A program made the translations under genes and the position numbers. A stretch of DNA of 64,000 nucleotides from an uncultured Desulfospira sp. (GTDB taxonomy: Bacteria > Desulfobacterota > Desulfobacteria > Desulfobacterales > Desulfobacteraceae): NCBI GenBank assembly GCA_963663165.1, contig OY760175.1:4960001-5024000 (forward strand), given 5' to 3'. Under the pieces are notes generated by a model. That model did not search any database. It was not told where the DNA came from and worked only from the letters and a program-made list of their open reading frames with translations. Shown piece by piece: positions 9,987 through 19,508 of the stretch. Numbering within the stretch: position 1 is the stretch's first letter; each line of letters starts with the position of its first letter.

Positions 9987-10352
9987 GTTTTGTGCATAAC
10001 CCAAAAAACCGGCATATGCCAATTCAGTACTACTGATATTGATATTGGAAATGGTGTACCCCTGGCCATTGTAAGTGCCGGTAAAACTGGTGTCGGCATT
10101 GCCAATGGGCGTGAACTCACGGCCAATCATATCAATATCGGCTGTCTGGATAAAATAATACCCTCGATCCCAATACGAAGAATCCGCAGAAAGGCCGACA
10201 AGGTCATCCGCAGAACTGATCTGAAAAGGATTGCTTTGTGACCCATCCCCTTTGGCAAAGGTGTAGTCGGAGGCGTCAGCCGGTGAAATTGTGGCACAGA
10301 AGAACAGCATGCCGGCCAGGATTATACGGGATACTTTACGCTTGAATTGCAT
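9960..10352 (-). pseudogene. Truncated GLUG/M26-like secreted beta-helix protein
   Basis: Signal peptide, GDGSQSNPFQISSADDL, QTADIDM, FTPIG..FTGTYNGQGYTISN; the frame runs into the REP hairpin. Confidence 0.75.
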
Positions 10353-10400
10353 GCGGGATTTTTCCTTCCAAGGTCAACTTTAATGGGTTTTACATGCGAA

Positions 10401-10620
10401 TAACACATGAAAACCTGCCCTGTCGTCCGGGATCATGTTTTTTTTGCATGTGGGAAAAGACCAAAAAACGGGCAAAAAAAGTGACAGAAATGCACAATTT
10501 CGGACGTCTGAAAAACTTAAAAATTATCTGTTAAATAATTATGTTATGAAGATATGGATGAAATATTGAGTGAATTTACAATTGCCTTGGATTCAGGTAT
10601 AAATTTTTTTGAAAAAAAAC
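10401..10620. promoter_or_regulatory. Duplicated upstream region, copy 2 (divergent promoter region)
   Basis: Homologous to 6440-6656; lies between the GLUG-like gene and the AraC regulator. Confidence 0.85.
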
Positions 10621-10648
10621 AGACAGACAGGATCTGGACTTGATACTG

Positions 10649-13600
10649 ATGGAATTTTTTGGGCGGAAAACTGAAATTGAAAAACTGGGCCGGGCCTTTT
10701 CAAGGATCCGGAAGGGTGAAGGACGCATGGCCCTTGTCACCGGTCCACCGGGGGTGGGAAAAAGCGCCCTGGTGCATCGGTTTGCCCTGGATGCCGAGGC
10801 TGCCGGCGGGCTGTACGCCTTTGGCAAGGCAGATCTTAACCGCTTGGCCACCCCCTTTGGTGCGGTGGGACCGGCCCTGGACATGATCGTTAAAAAAATG
10901 ATTGCCGAATCATCGGAACAGGCGGCAGACCTGGCCCGTCAGGTTCAGGATCGAATGGGGGACGATATGGGTCGGGTTCTGGCCCTTACGCCGAGCCTCT
11001 CCTTTGTGCTGCCGGACACGGAAAAGCCCCGGGGGGACGGTTCCGGCCTTTCGGCAAGCAGTCTGATCTACACGCTTCTGGAACTTTTCACCCGCCAAAG
11101 CCGGGGCCTGGTTCTTTTTCTGGACGATATCCAGTGGTTGGATACCGCCGCCATGAAGCTGCTCACCCATCTGACTGTGGCGCCTCCGATTCCAGGCCTT
11201 CTCACCGTGCTGGGAGTCCGGGGGGTAAAATACAGCACCGCACCCGGAATGGCGGATCTGGAAAAAGGCGTCCGGGAGACGGACGGCACTCTTTTTCTGC
11301 CCCTTAAGGGCCTGTCCGGGCGGGATGTTGCAGCCTTTCTGAAACATCGTCTGGAGACCGGGCAGAAGATGGCGGATCTGGCGGCACTGTGTCTGGAAAA
11401 GACCCACGGAAATCCCCTCTACCTGAATCGGTTTATTGAGGATCTTCTGGCTTCCGGGGATCTTTCCCGCCATGTTGATGGGTGGCAATGGGCGACGGAC
11501 AAAATCCGCTCCCGGGGGTTTTCCGAAAATGTCATTGATCTTATTGTCTCCCGCATCCGCAATATCCCTGAAAATTGTCTGACTCTTTTGAAATACGGCG
11601 CCCTGATCCAGGGAGATCTCAATATGGAGGAACTGGCCTCAATTACGGGGCTTACAGCCGAAGAGGTCTCTTTGCTTCTACTATCGCCTCTCAAGTCCAA
11701 TCTTCTGGAAATGAAGAAAGATCTCTGCGGCTTTACCCATGATCGGGTTCGCGAGGCCGTATGGGGCATCATCGAAAAGGCGGAAGCAAAGGAGATTCAT
11801 TTCAGGCTGACTGTTCATTATATGGCGGCGGTTCGTAAGGGGGCGGACCGACAGCGGCTTTTTTCCATGCTGCACCATTTTGAACGCTGCTCCGGCATGG
11901 GGTTCTCCCCGGAAGAGACCGGTGAAATGGCCCGGTATTACCTGGCGGCCGGCCGGCAAGCCCTTCGTCAAGCCACCTACGACCAGGCCCTTACATGGTA
12001 TCTGGCGGGAATGGCGCTTCTTGGGGAGCCAGTCCTGGGCGATGATACCGCTGTGGCCTGGCAGATGTGCCGCTACGGCGCTGAATGCGCCTATCTCACC
12101 GGAGCGTTTGACACGGCGGACCGGCTGTTCCGTGAGGCCGGAGCCTATGCGCCTGACCCCGATGCCCGGTTCGAAATGGAGATGGTGAGGTTCGCCTCCT
12201 TCCAGGCCCGGGATCACCACGAAACGGTTCTGTCCTTGGGGCGGCAGATCCTTAGGCAACTGGGCCACCCCCTGCCGGAGCGAATCTCTGGTCTGAAACT
12301 GGTATGGATGATTCTTAGGCTGTGGCGGCGTCTGGCGGTTGGGAAACAGGGCGCATCCTTGACGCCGGCAGAGGACGGCCGGCCGGATGCCCGGGTCCTC
12401 AAGGTGCTCCTTCCCCTGGGTCCGTCCGCCATCTACCTCAACCGGAAAGATCTTTTTCTCTTCAGTGTTGCCCGGGGTTTTGAAATCAGCCTCCAGTGGG
12501 GGGATAGCAAAGAGAGCCCAATGTTCTATCTCTCCTTTGGTCTGGTCTTGAACCGCATGACCGGCTCCATCGCCCGTGGCCGCGGTTTCGCCCGCCGGCT
12601 GGCCGCCACGGCCCGGGAAATCCGGGCCAGGTATCCTGACGAGAACCTTCGGGCAAAGGAGATGTATATAGCGGCCTCCTTTCTGGAGCACTGCTACCGC
12701 CCCATGCCCCGGCTCCTTGCCAACTATGAAGAGGGAATGCGGATGTGCCGCAAACAGGGGGACCATGTCTATTACGCCTATTACGCCATCACCCTCTTGC
12801 ACTGCCGCCTTTTGGCCGGTGCCGCCCTGAAGTCCGTGCTTTCCGAGGCCAAAGAGATTTTATCGATGCTTCGTCGAATGAAAAACGCCTCCGGCATCCA
12901 GGTAGTATCGCTGCTGGTTCAAATGATCGACGGACTCTGCACGGGGACGCAAGCGCCTTTTGACCCCGGAGTCGCGCAGGAAAACGCCCCCCCTGGTATC
13001 GGTGAAGACCCGCGCCTCACCACGAACCGTACCTATTTGCTGTGGCATCGGATTTGTTTCGCCTTTTTTTCCGGCCGGACGGATCTGGCCCATCCCATCA
13101 TCCCGGAGACGTCGAAACAGTGGGATGGCTATCTGATCTATAACTACATCCGCTTTATAGCGGCGTTAATTGAAATCGATGCGGGGAAAAGCCGAAAGCG
13201 GGCCCGAAAAGGACTTAAGATAGTCCTGCGCTATGCCAGGGAAAATCCCTCCTTCTACCGGGGGCGCTGCCTGCTGGCTAAGGGAGAGTTTGCAAGGGTA
13301 TGGGGAAGACCGTCCCGAGCCCTGGGGTTTTACCTGCAGGCCGAAGCGATTTTCGAAACAGAACCTGACGGCTTTTTTGAAAAGGGATATCTGAAGGAGA
13401 AAGCGGCGCTGGTATACACCCTTTTGGGGGACGACGAGGCCGCCCGAAAAGTCAGAGCCCAGGCCATCGCCTGTTTCCGAAAATGGGGACTAGGGCGGCG
13501 GGAGGGCCTGTTTGAGGCGGCGGAACCGGAACTTGCCTCTGAAGCGGAAGAAAGATCCCATGGGGCTTGTGAAACGGCTGGGGGCGTCGGCAAAGAGCAG

Positions 13601-14377
13601 GCAGCGCTTTTTGCCATTTCCGAGAAGACCCGTGCGGCCGAGGTCCATGCCGTGGTTCGGGATGCCGCCTGCTGGAAATCCCTGATGGTTGTGGAAAAGG
13701 GACGGCTTCACCGGCCGGCCACAGTTCTCCCTCTTCCGGACAGGATGCTGACCTTCGCTGTCACCACCGGCCAGGTGGTGACGGCTACCAAAAAAGACGC
13801 CGCAGAGCAGTTTTTCGATACAGCCTTTGTTTTTGAACGCAGGCCCGAGGCCCTGGTGGTGCTGCCGGCCGGAGACCGGGCAGCAGTGCTCATCGTCGAT
13901 CCGGGCAGGGAGGCTGACACGGCGGCGCTCGAACGTCTGGCCTTACCTGTGAGCGATTGGCTGGCCCTGAACATTCCGAACCCGGCATCGGCAGACGAAG
14001 GACAGGTCGACGAGGCTCACAGACTCATGACCATCTGTCGGATGCTTCAGGCCTATATGGCGAGAAAACGGGTCTATCGCAACCCGAAGCTCGATCTGAA
14101 ACAGCTTGCCGATGAGTTGAACATACACCGGCGCACCATTACCAGCGCCCTCAACGTATGCCTGAACCAGAACCTCAATACCTTTATCAACAGCTACCGC
14201 ATCGAAGAGATCAAAGAGCAGATGATGCTGCCCGAAAACAAAAACAAGACGATTATAGAGATAGCCTTTGCCGCCGGATTTAACTCCAAGTCAACCTTCA
14301 ACCAAACATTCCGGCGTCAGACGGGGATGACCCCGTCTGAATACCGGGCGGTACAATACACGTCGTGGCACGCTTGA
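10649..14377 (+). CDS. STAND-type AAA ATPase fused to a C-terminal AraC HTH regulator domain
   Basis: FFGRKTE, Walker A GPPGVGKS, Walker B LVLFLDDIQWLD, GNPLY, FTHDRVRE; C-terminal FINSYRIEE..IAFAAGFNSKSTFNQTFRRQTGMTPSEYR. Confidence 0.9.
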   Translation: MEFFGRKTEIEKLGRAFSRIRKGEGRMALVTGPPGVGKSALVHRFALDAEAAGGLYAFGKADLNRLATPFGAVGPALDMIVKKMIAESSEQAADLARQVQDRMGDDMGRVLALTPSLSFVLPDTEKPRGDGSGLSASSLIYTLLELFTRQSRGLVLFLDDIQWLDTAAMKLLTHLTVAPPIPGLLTVLGVRGVKYSTAPGMADLEKGVRETDGTLFLPLKGLSGRDVAAFLKHRLETGQKMADLAALCLEKTHGNPLYLNRFIEDLLASGDLSRHVDGWQWATDKIRSRGFSENVIDLIVSRIRNIPENCLTLLKYGALIQGDLNMEELASITGLTAEEVSLLLLSPLKSNLLEMKKDLCGFTHDRVREAVWGIIEKAEAKEIHFRLTVHYMAAVRKGADRQRLFSMLHHFERCSGMGFSPEETGEMARYYLAAGRQALRQATYDQALTWYLAGMALLGEPVLGDDTAVAWQMCRYGAECAYLTGAFDTADRLFREAGAYAPDPDARFEMEMVRFASFQARDHHETVLSLGRQILRQLGHPLPERISGLKLVWMILRLWRRLAVGKQGASLTPAEDGRPDARVLKVLLPLGPSAIYLNRKDLFLFSVARGFEISLQWGDSKESPMFYLSFGLVLNRMTGSIARGRGFARRLAATAREIRARYPDENLRAKEMYIAASFLEHCYRPMPRLLANYEEGMRMCRKQGDHVYYAYYAITLLHCRLLAGAALKSVLSEAKEILSMLRRMKNASGIQVVSLLVQMIDGLCTGTQAPFDPGVAQENAPPGIGEDPRLTTNRTYLLWHRICFAFFSGRTDLAHPIIPETSKQWDGYLIYNYIRFIAALIEIDAGKSRKRARKGLKIVLRYARENPSFYRGRCLLAKGEFARVWGRPSRALGFYLQAEAIFETEPDGFFEKGYLKEKAALVYTLLGDDEAARKVRAQAIACFRKWGLGRREGLFEAAEPELASEAEERSHGACETAGGVGKEQAALFAISEKTRAAEVHAVVRDAACWKSLMVVEKGRLHRPATVLPLPDRMLTFAVTTGQVVTATKKDAAEQFFDTAFVFERRPEALVVLPAGDRAAVLIVDPGREADTAALERLALPVSDWLALNIPNPASADEGQVDEAHRLMTICRMLQAYMARKRVYRNPKLDLKQLADELNIHRRTITSALNVCLNQNLNTFINSYRIEEIKEQMMLPENKNKTIIEIAFAAGFNSKSTFNQTFRRQTGMTPSEYRAVQYTSWHA

Positions 14378-14492
14378 ACAGTCGCCCCTTGTAGTCTGGG
14401 CTATCTCAAAGATGGTTTTATATTCCATAGTTCATTTTTTGAAGTGCTAACATGAAAATTACCGGTTTATCCGGTGCATTTTGGGGTTAGAA

Positions 14493-14582
14493 TTAAGTAT
14501 CCTCGGAATTAAGCCCGCAGAGCACAAAAAAGAGCGCCAGCGCAGCCCACATCATTATCGTAAATAAGGTTTGTCGTTTCAT
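14493..14582 (-). CDS. Putative 29-aa hydrophobic peptide MKRQTLFTIMMWAALALFFVLCGLNSEDT
   Basis: Manual translation; basic N-terminus plus one hydrophobic helix; GGAG about 15 nt upstream. Confidence 0.35.
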   Translation of the reverse strand: MKRQTLFTIMMWAALALFFVLCGLNSEDT

Positions 14583-14950
14583 AATATAACAAGTTATTCT
14601 CCGGTTGTCCGCATATCATTCAAAAAACTGATATCTATCCGCATATCACTAGGAATCAACGGATAACCGGGTTGATTATCATCTTAGTGTTTACCTAAAC
14701 TGCATATCAGTATGGCGGTATCATGTAAAGATTATTCAGGGCAAAATATTTTGTAAATAGATTTGCCAGAAGTTAGCCAGCCTTATATCAGTCATTTTTT
14801 TTGAAATGCTAAAGTTGTCGTGCGGTATCCGTTCAAACAAGCAATACCAAGGAGAGCACTTGGTATTTAAGGACTCCCAAGAAAATTTTGGAGCGGCGTG
14901 GGCTACTTTAAAAATTAAACCGGGCACAGGCTTGGGCACTCAAATCAAAA

Positions 14951-14981
14951 AAGCACTTACAGTTTTTTTCTGTAAGTGCTT
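14951..14981 (-). terminator. Hairpin downstream of tRNA-Val
   Basis: Perfect 12-bp stem AAGCACTTACAG / CTGTAAGTGCTT followed by a T-run on the minus strand. Confidence 0.7.
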
Positions 14982-14989
14982 GAATTTGC

Positions 14990-15064
14990 TGGTGGGCGGT
15001 ACTGGGTTTGAACCAGCGACTTCTACCGTGTGAAGGTAGCACTCTCCCGCTGAGTTAACCGCCC
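14990..15064 (-). tRNA. tRNA-Val(CAC)
   Basis: GGGCGGT acceptor stem, anticodon arm CTACC-TTCACAC-GGTAG, GGTTCAAACC T-arm, encoded CCA. Confidence 0.97.
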
Positions 15065-15133
15065 GGGGCTGCCGGTATGTCCGGCATTGATTATGTGTGT
15101 TTTATTAGAATGTCTGGCCTGGAATGTCAATAA

Positions 15134-15688
15134 TCATTTTTCAGTAAATGATCTTTCAAACAGTTCTGATAATGCCTGTTTGGCATTGTCGGTCAGGTTC
15201 CGGGTGCCGGTTCCGGCAAATGTTTTGTGGGAGATCACCGGGGTGACCATCTTCCAGGAGTTGTCAATCCAGGAAAACCAGGCTTTCCGGTCCTGCTCAT
15301 AAACAAACAGGGGGCGGTTGAACAACTTGCCAAGTTCCACTCCCCAGCCGGTTCCCCCCTTAACCGTATTGTCCGGCAGGATCCATCCGACCACAAAAAT
15401 TTGGTACCCGTTATTGATCATGTGAAATATGGACTGGATGACCTTTCGAATTTTATCGGCCTTTGCAAAGGACCGGCCCATGCGGGTAGAAACAATATCC
15501 ATACTGATATCACCTTTCTTCAGCTCTTCCGGGGACAGGACCCACACCCCGGAATCTCTATGAAGATTGTGCCCTTCAAAGGAAAAGTTGACTTCTTTGA
15601 CGCCATATTGTTCGGCAAGCTTGCCGAACTCTTCTTCGGCACCCCTGTGCCCCCCGCTGTATAATGTATACTGTGATGCTTGAATCAT
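15134..15688 (-). CDS. Conserved hypothetical protein, possibly SLOG-superfamily
   Basis: LYSGGHRGAE and VKGGTGWGVE motifs; AGGAG RBS. Confidence 0.7.
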   Translation of the reverse strand: MIQASQYTLYSGGHRGAEEEFGKLAEQYGVKEVNFSFEGHNLHRDSGVWVLSPEELKKGDISMDIVSTRMGRSFAKADKIRKVIQSIFHMINNGYQIFVVGWILPDNTVKGGTGWGVELGKLFNRPLFVYEQDRKAWFSWIDNSWKMVTPVISHKTFAGTGTRNLTDNAKQALSELFERSFTEK

Positions 15689-15841
15689 TTATTTATCTCC
15701 TGATAACTGCTTTTAAGGTTATTGGAATGGATTTGTTTTATCCTGATGGTATAGATTAACTGAATTATATTATATGAACTGTCGGAAATAATCAATAATG
15801 CCGGTCAGATATTAAGAAATAATTAAGGGAATCCCCGATCC

Positions 15842-15870
15842 TTGACAAAGCCTGGCCCCCCCTTTAATAT
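15842..15870 (+). promoter_or_regulatory. Sigma70-type promoter
   Basis: TTGACA-N17-TAATAT upstream of the HD-GYP gene. Confidence 0.55.
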
Positions 15871-16017
15871 AACTGATTTTAATTGAGGGGCAGTAACGCA
15901 AGCCGTCTTGCCCCTGAAAAAACCAGATGTATTTCAGGGGGATGCGGTAACCTTTCTTGGGCCCCTGAAGCGGCGGCCTGCCGTATTGATTAATAGAGAC
16001 TACCCTTCGGAGGCACC

Positions 16018-18498
16018 ATGCCTTTTGGAAAAAAACGCCTGCCGTTTTACGTCGGCATCACCACGTTGGTGGTCGCTGTTATCCTCTTCCTAAGCGGGCT
16101 TTTCGTATGGATTGTAAATCGTGAAAGCAAGGTGGCGGCCCTTCAGATGGCCGAACACCTTTTTACCGCCATTAATGCCAAAAATTTAAGGCTTTATGAA
16201 GATTCTCTCAAATGTGTGGCCGGCCTGACCGGCACCGCCGTCCGGATGCCCGGGATGGCCGTCCGCCCGTCCCTTGACGGGATGTCCCACCCGGGAATGG
16301 CCGTGATGTTTGAGATATTAACGTTTCACGAGTTTCTTTTCAGCGTTTACTGCGGTTATGATGACGGCAGTTTTATCCAGCTGATTGCCGTCAGGGATCA
16401 GGAAAAGCTGCGGCAAATATACGGGGCGCCCCAGGGCGCCTGGTTTGTATTAAGGACCGTTGCCCCAAACGAATTCAAAACCATGGAAGAGTGCTGGCAG
16501 TTTTTAAACCAGGACCACCAACTGATCAAGATCTCAAATGACCTGGACCCGGGATATGATCCCAGGAGGCGTCCCTGGTATACCCGGGCGCAACAGAAAT
16601 CCGCTTCATTTTTTACAAAACCCTATGTGTTCAGCTCCTCTAAACTTCCCGGGGTGACCTGTTCGGAAGCATTGTCAGGCGGCGGCGGGGTGTTCGGGGT
16701 TGATGTCACCCTTGAGCGGTTTGCCATGTCCTTAAAACAGCAAAAGGTTTCTGACCATGCCGTTCTTTTTGTCTTTGACCATGACGGCACCATTATTCTG
16801 AACCCCAAAGAAAACCCGGTCAAGCTGGGGACAGACAACCAGCTCACCTTTCTTAAGGCATCGGAATTCAGGGATCCCCGGATCCACCGGGTGGTCAACA
16901 ATTTCCTTGAGAATTCAGATATCAAAACCACCCCTGTCCGGGAAATAGTCATCAACAAAATTCCTTATCTGGTCCGCTTTAACCGGGTTCTATCCCAGTT
17001 GAATATTGACCAGCTCATTGCGGTGGCGGCACCGGTTTCTGATTTTACCGGGCACATCACCCGGATGCAGAATCATATTGTTGTTTTTGCCGCATTAATG
17101 CTGCTGGTGATGATTCCTCTGTCGTTTTTTATTGCCAGGACCATTTCGTCCTCTCTCATGCGCCTTGAAGTTGAATCCCGGAAGATCCAGGAGTCGGATT
17201 TCAGCGGTACGGATTCTTTTGATTCAGGGATCAAGGAGATTCATTCACTGATCACGGCCTTTTTTATGATGAAAAAGACCATCAGCCGCCTGCTGGCCCA
17301 GCAGCGCAATCTGTTTGACAATTTTGTCAAACTCATTGCCGGGGCCATTGACGCCAAGTCCGCCTACACCGGCGGCCATTGCGCCAGGGTTCCGGTAATC
17401 GCCATGATGCTGGCCGAGGCCGCCTGTAAATGCGATAAAGGCCCCTTTGCCGAATTTGCCATGGACAGCGCGGATGAACGCTGGGAGTTTGAGGTGGCGG
17501 CCTGGCTTCATGACTGCGGCAAAGTCACCACCCCGGAGCATGTGGTGGACAAGGCCACCAAGCTTGAGACCATTTACAACCGGATCCATGAAATCCGCAT
17601 GCGCTTTGAGGTCCTGTTAAGGGACGCCCGGATCGAGTATTATCAGAAACGCCTGGATAGAGAAGGTGATCCGGATGAGCTTGAGGCCCGGTTGAAGAAA
17701 GCGTACCGGGATATTACAGATGATTTTACCTTTGTTGCCGAGTGCAATACGGGCGAAGAATTTATGGCCGATGAAAAAATTGAACGGCTCAAGCGCATTG
17801 CCGGCCGGACCTGGATGCGGCATCTTGATGACCGCATCGGTATTTCGGAAACTGAAACCGCCCTTAAATGCCGGACACCCGCCCCTGTCCTGCCGGTGGA
17901 GGAGCATGTCCTGGCCGACAAGGATGAACATCAGATCCCCAGGCAGGAAAATGACCCGTTCAAAGACACCCCCCATGGGTTCAATATGCCGGTGCCGGAA
18001 TTGTTATATAACCAGGGAGAGCTGTATAACTTAAGCATCCGGAAAGGAACCCTGTCCGCAGAGGACCGGTTTAAAATACAGGACCATATCGTTCAGACCA
18101 TCAACATGCTCGGGAAGCTTGAATTTCCCGATTATCTGGCCAATGTGCCCGAATATGCCGGCGCCCACCATGAAACCATGATCGGGACCGGTTACCCCAA
18201 AGGGCAGAAAAAAGAGAACATGTCCATTCCGGCAAGGATCATGGCCATTGCTGATATTTTCGAGGCCCTGACTGCGGCAGACCGGCCCTACAAACAAGCC
18301 AAATCGCTGGGGGAGGCCCTCAGGATCATGAGCTTTATGCGCAACGACCAGGACATTGATCCGGCCCTGTTTGACCTGTTTTTGACCAGCGGTGTATACA
18401 AGGTCTACGCAAGCCGGTATCTTAAGCCCGACCAGCTTGATGTGGTGGATATTCGAACATACCTGTCTTCGGCTCAGAAAAATAGAAACCAATCATGA
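16018..18498 (+). CDS. Membrane HD-GYP phosphodiesterase with Cache sensor and HAMP
   Basis: Two TM helices; YDPRRRPWY; IDAKSAYTGGHC, LHDCGK, HHE..GTGYP, ADIFEALTA.DRPYK. Confidence 0.93.
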   Translation: MPFGKKRLPFYVGITTLVVAVILFLSGLFVWIVNRESKVAALQMAEHLFTAINAKNLRLYEDSLKCVAGLTGTAVRMPGMAVRPSLDGMSHPGMAVMFEILTFHEFLFSVYCGYDDGSFIQLIAVRDQEKLRQIYGAPQGAWFVLRTVAPNEFKTMEECWQFLNQDHQLIKISNDLDPGYDPRRRPWYTRAQQKSASFFTKPYVFSSSKLPGVTCSEALSGGGGVFGVDVTLERFAMSLKQQKVSDHAVLFVFDHDGTIILNPKENPVKLGTDNQLTFLKASEFRDPRIHRVVNNFLENSDIKTTPVREIVINKIPYLVRFNRVLSQLNIDQLIAVAAPVSDFTGHITRMQNHIVVFAALMLLVMIPLSFFIARTISSSLMRLEVESRKIQESDFSGTDSFDSGIKEIHSLITAFFMMKKTISRLLAQQRNLFDNFVKLIAGAIDAKSAYTGGHCARVPVIAMMLAEAACKCDKGPFAEFAMDSADERWEFEVAAWLHDCGKVTTPEHVVDKATKLETIYNRIHEIRMRFEVLLRDARIEYYQKRLDREGDPDELEARLKKAYRDITDDFTFVAECNTGEEFMADEKIERLKRIAGRTWMRHLDDRIGISETETALKCRTPAPVLPVEEHVLADKDEHQIPRQENDPFKDTPHGFNMPVPELLYNQGELYNLSIRKGTLSAEDRFKIQDHIVQTINMLGKLEFPDYLANVPEYAGAHHETMIGTGYPKGQKKENMSIPARIMAIADIFEALTAADRPYKQAKSLGEALRIMSFMRNDQDIDPALFDLFLTSGVYKVYASRYLKPDQLDVVDIRTYLSSAQKNRNQS

Positions 18499-18510
18499 AA
18501 GGGTATAGTT

Positions 18511-18828
18511 GTGGCCAAAATAATCAAAAGAAACTGGACGGTATGTCTGTTGGTTTTTTTAATGGCGGGCATAACCATGGGAAGCGGTTCTTGCGCCAGG
18601 GATAACACCGCACCTGTGAAAGAAACCAAGGCCCTGTCCGTGGAAGGCGGTGCCCCGGAGCAGGAAGCCATTGTCTGCAAAGCCCCCAGGCCTGAGATGT
18701 GTACCAGGGAATACCGGCCGGTCTGCGGACTCTTTGCCGACGGCACCTTTAAAACCTTTGGCAACGCCTGCACGGCATGCAGCAACGAAAACGTTGTCCG
18801 GTATATCCCGGGACCGTGCCCCAAGTAA
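18511..18828 (+). CDS. Small exported protein with Kazal-like domain
   Basis: CTREYRPVCG..TFGNACTAC..GPC; N-terminal signal/lipobox-like segment. Confidence 0.8.
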   Translation: MAKIIKRNWTVCLLVFLMAGITMGSGSCARDNTAPVKETKALSVEGGAPEQEAIVCKAPRPEMCTREYRPVCGLFADGTFKTFGNACTACSNENVVRYIPGPCPK

Positions 18829-18956
18829 CCCATATTTCGGGGGCCGGCAAAGGAGCCGTTTCAAGGGACGCTTATACAGCGGAAGGGCTAAACGCCGGGG
18901 ACCCGGTGTCGGGAAAATTGCGGCAAAGGACGGGATCGAGGCTGCCAGCCCCTGTT

Positions 18957-19110
18957 TTATCTTATGGACAATGATTTCCGGTATTCCGAGGGCCGGATTC
19001 CGTACTTTTTGAGAAAAAAAGCGGCAAAATGGCTTGAGCTGCAGAATCCGGACTCATACGCAATCCATGTCAGGTCATCGGGCTTTTCTTCAAGCAGCCG
19101 GACAGGGCCT
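18957..19110 (-). pseudogene. AraC HTH fragment
   Basis: LTWIAYESGFCSSSHFAAFFLKKYGIRPSEYRK; no credible N-terminal domain. Confidence 0.65.
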
Positions 19111-19304
19111 GGATGCTGAATTTCGTTAAAAGCATGCGGATGCAGACATAACAGGCCGGGGACAGGTGGCCAGTTCTTTGGGGTTTTTTTAAGGGGCAGG
19201 GTTAGGAGCAAATCTGAGTATCGACTGATTTGCGGTTACCTTGGCGGGAGGTGACGTGAATCTTGATTTTAAAAAGGTTCTAAGCTATCTTTGAGATTTA
19301 AACT

Positions 19305-19484
19305 AACGGCCACGGGCCGATTGGATTGTTAATCCGGTTCGGCCCACAACAAAGCATGAAAGAATTACAGCAGCTTGCAGATTTTTTCATATAAACGGCC
19401 ACGGGCCGCTTTGGTTATCCAACCAAGAGCCGCCCACAACAAATATTGAAAGTCTTCTCAGGACGTTAGTGAGGCTTTCATATA
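19305..19484 (+). repeat. Alternating A-B-A-B hairpin array
   Basis: A 19305-19350 and 19394-19440; B 19351-19393 and 19441-19484; AAC at the junctions. Confidence 0.9.
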
Positions 19485-19508
19485 AAAAAATAGTCAGGAC
19501 TTGGCCGA

